NCBI GenBank assembly: GCA_008632985.1
Contig: QPGO01000159.1
Coordinates: forward strand, 1 to 64,000
Length of the DNA: 64,000 nt
Direction: 5' to 3'
Source: Psammoneis japonica
Taxonomy: Eukaryota
A program made the translations under genes and the position numbers. Positions within the stretch are counted from its first letter, which is position 1. Each line of letters begins with the position of its first letter. The notes below the pieces were generated by a model. It did no database searches. It was not told the DNA's origin and worked only from the letters and a program-made list of their open reading frames with translations. Positions 26,701-38,838 of this stretch are shown in pieces.

Positions 26701-27065
26701 CACTATGCTCGAAGAACGAGTGTAAACGAAAGTAGAATAGTGTAGGAAAAGTGGAAATTATGAGATTAGATTTCACTCTGTGATTTTTGGTTTCTCCGAA
26801 TGAGTTCTCAATGGCCTAAAGCTTCTGTACTGCTTCTACAGACAAAAGGCCTTTCAAAGAATATAATCGTGACAACAGATAGTCCGAATACGATTGCTTT
26901 TGACACATAAGATGTCAGCATCGTCTATCGATCGTATTTGCGATTTTCGACTTCCGATCAACTCTGTATGATCGTTCTGTCCTTCGCACGCATCCACGAC
27001 TGTGGCACGATTGACATATAAATAATATGTAATCATATATATGTATATAACAGTCGCACACTGCA
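23799..27065 (-). mobile_element. Gypsy-B copy 2, internally deleted
   Basis: Complete LTR 26699-27065; only ~26 bp of the other LTR remain at 23799; 4-bp TSD CCCG (23795-23798, 27066-27069); interior matches ~11540-14565; remnants YYRLPM and TEKELLSIVETL. Confidence 0.92.
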
Positions 27066-27069
27066 CCCG

Positions 27070-30000
27070 ACGTCTGATTTCTTCTACGAATGCCATGAGC
27101 ACGAGATCAATCCAAAGGATCCTGACTTTGAGTCTCTGCGCCCTTATTTTGGCTTTCTTCCGAAGAACACTGTCCGCCGCACTTTTGATTGCACGACGCA
27201 ATGCGATTGCATGCCCACCAGCACGCACCTGAAAAAGGCGTACAAGTCGCCCAACCCAGCTCTCAACGTCCACCAACGCAACGAACCCGTTGCCACAGAC
27301 ACGGTGTACTCTGAGACACCCCCGCCATTGACTCCGGCTGCACCAGCGCCCAGCTCTTTGTTGGCACCGACTCCCTTGTCACAGATGTGGATGGAACCAA
27401 GACCAACAAGGAATTCATCAACATGCTTGAGGACAACATTCGTAATGGTGGTGCCCCATCCAAGCTCATCACTGACCGTGCTCAAGTTGAGATCAGCAAC
27501 AAAGTTCTTGGCATCCTTCGTGCCCTCTTCATCTCTAGTTGGCAAAGTGAGCCTCACCAACAGCATCAGAATTTTGCTGAACGTCGCTGCCAAACTATGA
27601 AGACCATGGCGCCAACACCATCATGGATTGCTTCGGGTCTCCGGCTTACACCTGGCTACTTGCCCTGATGTGCATGTGCTTCGTGCTCAACCACACGGCA
27701 TCTGCCAAGCTCCACTGGTGTACCCCCACCAAAGTGCTGTCTGGCTCTACTCCCGACATCAGCTCGCTCCTCCGTTTTCAATGGTAGGAACCCGTGTGCT
27801 GTCTCTATCACCTGGATGATTCCGACTGGCCATCCGAATCCTGTGAATTACATGGTTGCTTTGTTGGCATTGCCGAACACGTGGGCCACCAAATGACGTT
27901 CAAGATTCTTTCTGATGACACTCAGAAGATTCTCTACCATTCCAACGTGCGTTCCGCCCGTGATCCGTCTACCCCAAACCTGCGTCTTGATCCTCCTGAT
28001 AAGAAATCTGCTGAACCCGTCATTAAGTCCGGCCACAACTCCAAGGATTCGACGGATTCACCAGATGGGGAGGCAACCAGGATGCCCAAAATGCCGGTCT
28101 TTGACCCCGAGGATATCATCAAACATGCCTTCCTCATGAAGCCAGAAGAGGACTGACAATGCCACAGAGCCCAAGCCATTGAGGACCACGACTGGAAAAT
28201 CGGAGACAATCCTGAACTGGTCAAGTTCATTTGCTCCATCAACAATGATGAGTATGAGGAAGTCCTGGCCTGCAACAACATCATGCACCACATTGAGCAA
28301 GAAGATGAGGACACCACCCTCTGGAAGTTCCGACACATTGTGTCACACAAAGGACCACTGTGACCCCATGACCCCTCTTGGAAAGGCTCAAGCTACAACG
28401 TCATGCTTGAATGGGAGAATGGGGAGATCACATCCAAACTCCTTGCCATCATTGCCAAGGACAATCCTGTCACCTGTGCCATCTATGCACGTGAGCACGG
28501 CCTTCTAGAAACCGAAGGATGGAGACATTTTCGCAAGATGGCCCTGCATCAGAAGAAGCTATTCCACATGGCCAACCAAGCCAAGCTGTTATGCTCCTTT
28601 CACACTGCGCCACGACACAAGCACAGACATGAAGTGCCACGAGACTACAAGCATGCCCTGGCCCTTGATGAGTGCAGCAACGGCAACCGCAAGTGGGGAG
28701 ACGCAATGGACCTCGAGATGACTCAGCTTGATGAGTACGAGGTCTTCCACGACTGCAGACACTACAAGGATTCCAGTGCTCCATCAGGACACAAGAAGAT
28801 CCGGGTGCATCTCGTCTGCGACGTCAAACATGACGGATGGCACAAAGCAAGGCTTGTTGCCAATGGGCACCTCACAGACGTGCCCGTTGATAGTGTCCAT
28901 TCCAGAGCAGTGTCTCTCCGTGGCCTGCGAATGATGATCTTTCTGGCCCAACTCAACGAACTAGAGACTTGGGCCACTGACATTGGGAATGCCTCCTGTC
29001 TTGAAGCTACGACCAAGGAGAAACTGTACATCGTAGCAGGCCCCGAGTTTGGCAAGCTGGAAGGACACATCCTTGTCATCCACCAGGCATTGTACGGACT
29101 CCGCAGCTCCGGCCTCAGATGGCATGAAGAACGCTTTGCCGATTGCTTGCGTGCCGAAGGCTTCTTCCCGTGCAAAGCCGAACCCGACATCTGGCTGCAT
29201 ATGAATGGTGACCACTACAAATACGTGGCAGTGTATGTGGATGACCTAGCCTTCGCCATGAAGGACCCCCAGGCTTTTGCAGACACCCTCATGGAGAAAT
29301 ACAAGTTCAAGCTCAAGGGCACTGGACCATTGGAGTTCCATCTTGGTTGCGATTTCACCCGCGATCCAGACGGCACCCTGTGCCTTGCTCCCCACAAGTA
29401 CATTGAGTGCATGGTTGACAACTGCGCATGCCTCTTTGGGGAGAAGCCCCGCACTGATGTGCTTTCACCCCTTGACAAGGGAGACCACCCTGAGCTTGAC
29501 ACTTCCAAATTACTCAAACCCGATGGCATCCACCAATTTCAATCCTTTATTGGTTCCCTGAAATGGGCTGCATCCCTTGGTCACATTGACATTACTACGG
29601 CTGTCATGTCTCTGTCTAGCTTCTGTGCAGCGCCTCGCCAGGGCCACCTAGACCATGCCAAACGTGTCTGCAGATTCCTCTCCAAGATGCGTCATGCATG
29701 GTGCCCTCTGAGTGCGCACCGAGGAGCCCGACTATTCAGACCTTTCTAAGCCCGTGTATGACTGGGCCCAGTCTGTGTGTGGGGAGGTAGAAGAGCTGCT
29801 TCCGCAAGATGTGCCTGAGCCACTTGGCAAGTTCCTCACCACAACACACTACGTCGATGCGAACTTGTTCCATTGCATGCTCACTGGACGCTCTGTCACC
29901 GGCATCCTCCATTTCCTCAACAAGTTTCCGGCTGATTGGTTCTCTAAGAAACAAGCTACAGTCAAGACTGCCATGTATGGATCCGAGTTTGTCGCCGCAA

Positions 30001-30340
30001 GGACGTGCGTTGAGCAGATTATTGACCTGCACATCACTTTGCATTATTACCTTGGCGTCCCCATTCGTGAAACATGTTACATGTTCGGGGGGGACAACAA
30101 GTCGGTTGTGGATAGTGCCACCATCCCGCACTCCAAGTTGCACAAGCAACACACTGCCCCTCTCGTTCCATCGTGTACGTCAGGCGATTGCCTCCGGTTT
30201 TCTTGAGTTTCATTTCATCGAAGGGGGTCCCGCAACCCGGCTGACATCCTCAGCAAGCATTGGGGTTACTCCCAAGTCTGGAACCTCCTTCGTCCTCTAA
30301 TGTTTTGGAACTTGAATCCCGAGGCTTTCAACCAATCCAA
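27070..30340 (+). pseudogene. pol: Copia integrase-RT-RNase H, frameshifted
   Basis: LITDRAQVEIS, SEPHQQHQNFAER, HKARLVA, LYGLRSSG, VYVDDL, HYVDANL, GSEFVAAR. Confidence 0.93.
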
Positions 30341-30632
30341 CTTTGAATCTATCGTTGTTGACCCCTCAAGCAAACTGGGGAGTGACAGGATTTGAACAAG
30401 ATTTTAGTTTATCATACATAATTATGTGTGCTCTTAGTTTCGCGCATGTCGCGCGATGTAGTTTGCTTTCGAGCCACACGGCTCACAAGAATAATAACAG
30501 TAGCACCGATATCACGACACCAGTCTTTCGGCTCCTGTAACGGTCTCTGCACAGAGACTCATCTGCTATTTAGACAGCAGTAAGGAGTTATTGTTTTCCA
30601 TCACCCAGTCATCTTCATTTTCTGTTAGCTCC

Positions 30633-32714
30633 TTCGACTTGCTCCTCTTCTTCTTTTTCACAATGAGCCCATAGAGCTCTCTGTTGATTTTTAACTTTCT
30701 GCTCTTTCCAAGTGCAAGCCTGGCACTGCTGCCAGCATGTTTGCTGATTCTACCCAATCTTTTCAAGTCCTGTGCTCTCTTCTCCACCCAAGACCCCCGC
30801 TGGCAACTCTCAGCATCCTCATCTGCCCTCCTTTCATGAACTCATCCTACTTCTTCTTCATGGCTCTGTTCCTTCCTCTGTCCACCCTCTGATTGCCTCA
30901 AACTGCTTCATTGCACTTCACAAAGATGCCAATGATCTTGACAAACTTCGTCCCATTGGCATTGGCGCAGCTCTTTGCCGCATCACTGGCTCTGTTGTTG
31001 TGACCCTCTTTGCTTTTGACTTCACCGAATGTCTTGTTCCTGATGGTTTGTTTGGCACTGGCATCAAGGGTGGCCTTGACTGCCTCGTTCACTCCACTCA
31101 TGCCAACATCAAACATCACCTTTCCACTGCTGACCCAACCAAAGCTCTTCTCCTCCTTGATCTTGTCAACATGTTCAATGAAGTCTCCCGTGATGCTTGC
31201 CATGTCACCTTGCCTCTGTCAAGGCCTTCCATCTGCTTCTTCCTTTCTTCGATCTTGTGTGTCAAAACTCTAACAACTGCTGGTGCTGCTGCCCTGGATC
31301 CTCTTGGGACTGCTTCATCCAAGAAGAAGGCTTTGCTCAAGGCTGCCCTCTCAGTCCCGTCTTTGCCAGTCTCATCCTTTTGCTTGTCCTCTGCCCACTC
31401 AATGAAGAAATCCATGCATGCATCCCCAGACACTCTCCCCCTTCTGTTGGCTCCTGCATTGATGATGCTCATGCTTTTCTCCCTGACAGAATCTCCACGT
31501 GTCCAGCAGTATAAAACGTACACAGGAATCAAACCTGCATCAGGAAAGCGCTAAACAAAGTGCCACCACTGCACGACAATACCCTGTAGAACATCAGATC
31601 ACATAAACAGTGTGCAGGACTGGGCTATGAGTTCCATCACCCCCCTTGAATTCGATGTGCAACGAGAATTCCGTCCACCATCGGAACCTCGCAACTAACC
31701 AGGGCTTACTGCAGCGCACGCCACCCAAAAAATGCACGAGTGCCTGTCTTGCACAAATTGTCAACAAAGGAAATCTCGAGAGGCTCGAACCCAAAACAAA
31801 TGAGTGCGTTTCCATGACAGAATCTCTACATGTCCAGCAGTAAAAATGCACACAGAAATTGATCCTGCATCTGGTAAGTGCTAACCAAAGTGCCACTGCT
31901 GTACATCAACACCCTGTAGAACATCAGATCATATAAACAGTGTGCAGGACTGGGCTGTGCATTCCGTCACTCCCTCACTCTGTCCTTCTGTGGTTCCTTG
32001 AGTGCTTCTCCACTCTCAGTGCTCCTTGTGGCATCACTCTTAATCTTCACAAGACCAAGATTCTTACTTCCATCACTGGCACCAGTCACATTCCTGCTCT
32101 CTCCCTCCCTCTCAGGCTGATCCTCTTTGCATTGCCCTCTCATGTCTCAACCCCATGAATGATCGGTCCCACAGCTCTGAGCTCACCACCAGAGTTTGCT
32201 TCCTCAGTCAACCCCTTGGGTTGCAAGACTTTGCCAATTCTTTCTTCTCTGCCACCACTTCTGCTCTCTCTGACAAAGCTGACATGCTCCTTTCCTGCCT
32301 CCACGACAAGCAAACCCAGGCTCAACTTTTCAAACATTGCTTCACTCCTTCCTCCGCTCATTTACTCGGTGCTGATTTCCATCATAAAATTGATCCGGAC
32401 AACCCTCCCGATCCCTTCCTCTGAACCTCCTCCTTTCAAGATTTTCTTCTCACTGCCACCCATCAATTTCTCCACTGTGCCACCCCCAGTGCTGCTCCTC
32501 TTCCTGATCACTGCCTCACCATCGCCTTCCTCTGCCTGCTTTGCTTGGTGGCTTTGGTCTTCAAGATCCAGCAACTGCTGCCATCCCTTCCTTTCTGATC
32601 TCACTCCTCCACTCATTTTGCTTTGCATCCCTCGGTGTCCAGCTGCCATCAGGTGCTGCCATCATGCAGCAGGCATCCCTACCGTGGCCGCCGATAATGC
32701 CACTTTCCTGCGTC
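30633..32714 (+). pseudogene. Non-LTR reverse transcriptase, CRE/Ambal-like
   Basis: ALHKD...KLRPIGIG, GTGIKGG, LLDLVNMFNEVSR, QEEGFAQGCPLSP, SCIDD (degenerate YIDD), GITLNLHKTKI, GGFGL. Confidence 0.85.
31484..31969 (-). mobile_element. TRIM (terminal-repeat retrotransposon in miniature)
   Basis: Direct repeats 31484-31639 and 31815-31969 with TGAC...TCA ends; 175-bp interior; minus-strand PBS TGGAAACGCAC and PPT AAGGGGGG; 5-bp TSD CTCCC (31479-31483, 31970-31974). Confidence 0.92.
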
Positions 32715-33956
32715 TGTAGGCTGTCCGTAGCGACGCTGATCCCGCAGAAGCGTGTTGCAGAAGACACGACTCCTAGTACGAGACCAACGATAGGCTACAG
32801 GAGTGACCCATACGACTGAGACCGGCGCGACTGGCCATCGCGCGCGTGACTCACCTTGTATGAAGGGTCTGCGTAGGATGTACGCAGTACCGAGTATGAG
32901 CCTGTTGATAGGCTCCGCATGAGTGTCAATAAGTGTTACAAAAGACTTATGCATAAGTCTTTCCAATGACTTATTAGGTAACAAGAATTCTGGTTTCTTG
33001 AAAAAGAACACCATCGCGTATTTGTACTCTAACTAAAATAATCTCATAATTTCACAAAACACGAATTATCAACCTCTTTGCGACTAAGTACTTAGACCCT
33101 ATTTTTGCATAGGGCATAGTAATATTACTCCCAGTAAGTGCAAGAATACCCTTTATTTAACTAACCATGACTGTCAGCCGTTCTGCAGAGAAGAGTGGGG
33201 ACGCAACAGAATGTCATTTTCCTGTTCTATATGACCGTTTCCTTAAGAGGACAGCAGAAAGCAAAAAATCGTCAAAATGGCGATCGTGCGGTAAGAACGC
33301 GTACGAGTATTTTTCAGAACTTTCAGCGATTGACAATGGCGGTGATGCGCTGTAAGCGCTGCCGAATGATGAGAGAAGTAATCTCGTCAAAAATGGCTCT
33401 CTCTGCGTATGTCAGCACGAGATGAGAACTCCAAGATTCAATGCGCTTGACACGAAAAACCGCAGATGTCGCGTTTCATGAGCGATTTGAGAATCTTGTT
33501 CTAAATTTATTCAATTCCGGTGAGAAAGATACTGACACCGATGACTGCCAAGAAGGTAGTACTGCAAACTACACGAGAAAAGTAGTTTAGATGTGTCAAA
33601 AGGCCTAAGACAAAGTGTCAACAGAAAATGACTTATGACACTGCCTATAGTATATTTTCCACGTCTCTGGGACGTAGAATAGACACGATATTTCTGCAAG
33701 GCCTATAAATGGCCTAGAGCTAATGCTCATACTGGACATACAGTAAATAATTCTACAATGCGCTGTATCATGCACACGTCATTTATTGACACTTAAATGT
33801 GAGAATGACCGTACAGTAGCAAAGATACTAGCTGGCCAGATCGACAGACAAATGCAACCTGATGCTGCCCTATTCCAGGGTATTATTTTCATTCTGGGGG
33901 TTGGAAAAAGCTGCACCTATGCAGCAAACCCGTTTGGTTTGTCCCCCTTTTGGGAC

Positions 33957-36583
33957 TTACCATAAGATATGACTTATAATTTCCCAGAGTTTCGGTCCAG
34001 GCAACAACTTAGTTAGTACGTCCGCTAAATTCGTGTGTCCGTCTTCCCAAGCAATGCACACTGTTCCAGCGGCTTGTGCCTCACGAGTCCTGTGACAGGC
34101 AATCGCATTGTGCTTCTTCTTCAAAGTAGACTCCAGTTTAGTTGAGTTCTTGAAGACAGCCTCATTATCGCAGAAGACATTAGTGGCCCCGTCCATGGGG
34201 ATTCCGAGCATCCGAAGCTTGTAACGCAAGGCTTCAATTTGCTCCACTGCAGTCTTCATTGCCACGAACTCTGACCCAAAAGTAGAGGACTCTACGGTAT
34301 TCTGCCATTTAGAGCAGCATAAGATGGGCGCTCGTTGAATGAATATCAGGATCCCAGTGTGGGACCTGTGCGTCATACGACATCCGGCGTGATCAGCATC
34401 GACAAAGCAAGCAGTGGTCACGCTATTCCCGCGTGCTTCCGGCATATTCGGCGGCATTGGTTCAGCTGCGCTAGGGTAATATTCTTCCCAATCGCACTTG
34501 GTAAAATGACTCTTGTCAAAGACAGGCTCAGTGTTGTCGAACACTAGTGCAGACTTAGAGTGAGCCTTCAAGTACGCGAAGATATGGAGCACCTTGTCCA
34601 GGTGTCCAACTCATGGTGCTGCCAAGTAGGAGGACATGAGCGAGACAGCAACAAAAATGTCCACTCACCCTAGTTCAACTACCCATCGTAGCACACCAAT
34701 AAGGCCTTGGTAGCAGTTGGCCGTTTTGGCATTCAACTCAGGTGAACCATCCAGTTCAGGCCTACATCCCGAGCTCAAGGGCATCGACGCCTTCATCGGA
34801 AGGCACCTATCAGTTTTCTTAAGCTCTAATTCAACATCAGCTAATGCCCTTTTGACATAAAGGTCAGAGGACATAGCCCAGTGTGTCTTACCATCCGAGT
34901 CAGACAACTGGCAATTTCGGATCTGGGCGCCTAAGCACTCTTCCGGCTCGCAGACACTTCCGTCCTTGAGCATGTACCTAGAGCTCATATAATCCATAAC
35001 CTTCTGAGGTTCATGGGAGACGCACAACAAGTCGTCCACGTAAACAAGTACATATTCCCAGTACTTGAAGCCATCCGGCTTAACTGCAGCTCGCATCCAA
35101 ACGTCCGGGTCAGCCTTACAAGACTCGAACCCAGCATCACTCAAAGTAGCTGCCATGTGTTCTCTAAATCTTGCACCTGAAGACTTGAGACCATACAAGG
35201 CTCGGACAATGATCACCGGCCTTCCTTTGTTATGCTTCCCAAATTCCAGGCCAGCAGCAGCACAACACTTCTCCTTAGTGTGTGCGTTCAAATAGGCATT
35301 CTGAACGTCGGCACTCAGGACCTCCAGGTCGTTGAGGGCTGCTATAGTGAATGCTATCCTAATGCCATCACATGAAACCACGCTGGAATAAGTTGATTCC
35401 TCAGGTGGATTGGTCTGATGGCCTCCGGCCACGAACCTTGCTTTACGTTGGAGGGTGCTCTTGATGTCAAAGATCATATGACAATCAACATGTTTGCACC
35501 CGACCGGCACAGTATCGTCATCGCAGAATTCGAACGCAGGCATGACGTTACGCATTTCCTTCTCAATAGCCTTGAACCAGAAGTCAGTCCCCATTCTGTT
35601 ATCTATTTCCATAGCTTCCTTAACAGATTTCGGGAGTTCAATTCCGAACTTATGCGTACGTTTCCAGTAACGCGACTTGACTTTCTTTAAGATCCTCGAC
35701 CTGCGATGCAAGACGTCCCGGACCCACCAGTTAAAAGCTGGTTCACTAGCTGCCTTGTTCGCTACAGCGTACTCAGCAACCTCGACTGGGTTAGATTCCT
35801 TCAAATCCTTGAGGGGAACCCAGGATGTAGTCCCATCCTTCCATTTGACTTGTAGGTCCCAGCCTACGGTCGTCCTCCTAGGAGCACGCCTGCCAGTCTT
35901 AGTCGTCATGTACCCATCATCAGCCTTTACGGCATGGGCATCACTTTGGTGATCGACCATTTCCTTCATGATCTGGCAGGCATTGCCTTCAGAGTCTATC
36001 TGAGTGAATAGATTCTCTGCAATTACGTTAGCAGCACAGGAGTCAGTGGATCCATCAGGGAATTCCACGTCATATATCCTTGAGTCTAGGACAGGGTTGT
36101 CATTCCCAGTGCCAATAGGAACCCCGTCACTATCCCATTTGCATGCAATAACCCTAGCATGGGTCAATTCACCTCCACGCGGTAACTTGACTTGAGCTGT
36201 GAGGCAGTTGTCAAGCCCCTCCGGGGTGCACTCATCAGCTTCTGGTTTGGAAGCGTCGGGTTCCACGGGTTCAACAGCATCGTCCCATTCGTCCATGAAG
36301 TCGTCAGGGAGTTCAGGGAAGTCAGCATTGGCATCCTGTTCTGGGATGTTAAGTCGTTCGATCAAAGCCTGATTGACTGATGCAAGATCCTTTTGGATTG
36401 CTGGAGTTTTAAGGTTGTCCTCCGGCATGGCCCGTGCATCTTTCCGAATGATGGGTCTGCCTGATTCAGGCAGGACAACAAATGCCACATCATTGGTGCA
36501 GTCATCAGCTGCTACGAGCCAATGGCCAATGCACTTTTTCTCATGTGGGAACTCAGCCACAGGCATGTAACAGCAAACAGGTT
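33957..36583 (-). pseudogene. pol: Copia family 2: integrase C-terminus, RT and RNase H
   Basis: RKARFVAGGH, ADVQNAYL, LYGLKSSG, VYVDDLL, FVDADHAG, ESSTFGSEF, NLADVLTK; no LTR pair identified. Confidence 0.93.
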
Positions 36584-37061
36584 CATCAGAGGCCCGAATT
36601 CATGAATCATTGTATGCTGGTGCCAGCATGGGAATGTTGTATCCTAAATTTGTGTTTTACCACGAATCCACAGATTTATGATAAATCGGTGTTATTTATG
36701 GTTAATCACGCCGATTTACTGTTAATCGGCGTGATTTATAATAAATAAATGTCCATTTCCATCAATAAATGTCCGACAAAATCAACAAGTGTCTGTGGTG
36801 ATAAACAAACAGTTCTTGTTTTTAATCTGTAATGTACAACGCAATAAAGTATGCTCACAAACCAGTCACTTTACTGTCAACAACATCGATTATTGCCATC
36901 TGCTAGGCAACGATCGAATCCAATGTACAGATTTGTTTTGAATCTCCCATGTGTTTGCAAATGAGTGGAGTCACAGATCCCGTCTATTTACTACGTTTCT
37001 GTTACTACAACTGATTTTCCATGAGTGTACATGAATCTCATTGCTACTTAGTTACTCTTCA

Positions 37062-38454
37062 CTAGACTGGAGTCAACTCCAGTTCGTAGATTTCCTCGCA
37101 GTTGAGCATCTGCTCTTCCTCGTCGTCCGAGTCTTCCTTGTTTTCCTCCGCCGCTTGTTTCTCTCGCTTGGCGTCAATGGCCCTGTAGAGTTCTTCAAAG
37201 CGCTCGAGTCGTTTGCTTGCAACGTCTTGCTTGATTTCCTTGACAAGTTCACAAAAGAACTTGTTCACTTTCAGTGACCATCCCTTGTTCTTCCACGGCG
37301 TCTTTTGCTTCTTCCTTGCCGTACCGTCTTCTGCCGAATCCATTGGCTTCGCGGCCGTGAAGTGCTTGAGTCTCCTGACGGACTTCCTCTTCCAGTTGGA
37401 CAGCTCCTTCTGGTCTGCAATGTTCTCCACATTCTTTTTTAGCTCTTTCGTCACGTCTTGTAGTGCTTTCACACGCTCGCCCGTCTTCGCTTTGTTTCTG
37501 ACCTGTTTGATCACCGCGTTGCGCTTCTTGGTGTATTCTTCTCTTGTCTTAATGAACTTCTCTTTGAGCTCTTCGACATCAGTTTCTTCCTCCATCGTGT
37601 CTTGTGGGTCTTTCTCGAGGAGTGAGAACTTGCTCTTGTTTTCATCGTCCTTCTCCTTGAGCATGGTCATGTCCGGCAGGAATGTCTCGCATAAGTCGTT
37701 CCTGTCACCTGTGGGACACCCGTCATCTTCAATTGGCACCTCGTACTCCGAAACCAGTGTGCTGCCCTCGTCTCTGCTCTTGTAGTTGGCATGCCATGCG
37801 TCGTAGTTATTCTTGAGGCTCATGAGTGCACATGCCTCGGTGCACGACGTGCCCATCCTCTTGCCCTTGGAGAGTGTCTCCTTCCAACAAGCGTCTCCAA
37901 CAATGGGGCGCAAGATGTAGTCGTAGAACACCATGTGCAATGTTGGATTCTCCAAGCGGCATTCGAATCTTTCGACGGACGGCAAGATNGCAATTGTGTT
38001 CCTCGCAGTATGCACAAAGATCTGCACTCACATGTAAATCCAGTGCGACGACTGTGTTAGTTGCACTCTTTGCAATCAGGATTCCTTCCAGGCTGCACTC
38101 ACTGTGGAACTTGTCCTGCTGGGCCTGGCATGCGTTGGATCTCTTGATGGACATCCAATCCTGGCACATTTTCTTTTCCTTCATTGTCAGCCATAGATGC
38201 TTGAGGTAGGATTTCTGCGCCTCTTGTGGCAGTTGTGGTAGCATCCCGTCCATAAGGAGTTTGCTGCAATTCTGGGCGTAGTCTCTGTGCATGAGTCCTG
38301 ATTCCTCCAAATCCTTTGGGTCAAAAATGAATATGATGTTCAGGAAAAGTGTCTCCTTGACATGGTCTCTCACCTTGGCTGTGTCCCGCATAACCTTGGC
38401 ATCGTCTGCGATCCACTCACTGGTGTTCACCTCTGTTACGACCTGGGTTGTCAT
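37062..38454 (-). CDS. Accessory gene 1 of the Plavaka-like element: charged, K/E-rich protein, two exons
   Basis: ORFs 37807-38454 and 37062-38027 linked by a GTGAGT...CTAAC...CAG intron (~38022-38102); ambiguous n at 37989 coincides with the frame change. Confidence 0.65.
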
Positions 38455-38838
38455 GTTGGATCTCGCCGCATTTGTTTTTTGTGTGGTGATTCCTGTCTCT
38501 GTTCAGTCTTGTGGATGATGGCCGTTCCTTCCCATTTGTTATGATCCTTCTCTGTCCTTTAGAATGACATAGAGGACTTGAATCGTTGGATGTGCTCAGG
38601 CTTTGATGTATGTTCTTTACAGTTCCCGAATTTTTTCTTACATTTCAAAAAAAGAACTCACAGTAATTCAAATCCAATGTCTTGTCGAAGGAATGGATAT
38701 GATTATTACGCAGTCCTCCCTGTTTGGTTTTCGGCCAGCTCTCAACGGCTAGGGCTATTCAGTGTTTGCCACAGTGGCTTTGAATTTAAATCAGTGGGAG
38801 CTTCCCCCCAATAAAATGACTGAAAATCAATCTGGCTA

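Larger units (their letters stand above)
16332..30627 (+). mobile_element. Ty1/Copia element (Copia-1, CoDi-like), copy 2, both LTRs present, ~1.3 kb gag deletion, two nested Gypsy insertions
   Basis: 5' LTR 16332-16504 + 21934-21980 (TGACAG...CTGTCA); 3' LTR 30383-30627 after PPT ctggggag; 5-bp TSD GCTCC (16327-16331, 30628-30632); domain order PR-IN-RT-RH. Confidence 0.95.

Noticed and set aside
31484..31969. Direct repeats as a CRISPR array or simple tandem duplication
   Set aside because: Only two ~155-bp units, with TG...CA ends, PBS, PPT and TSD, so this is a TRIM
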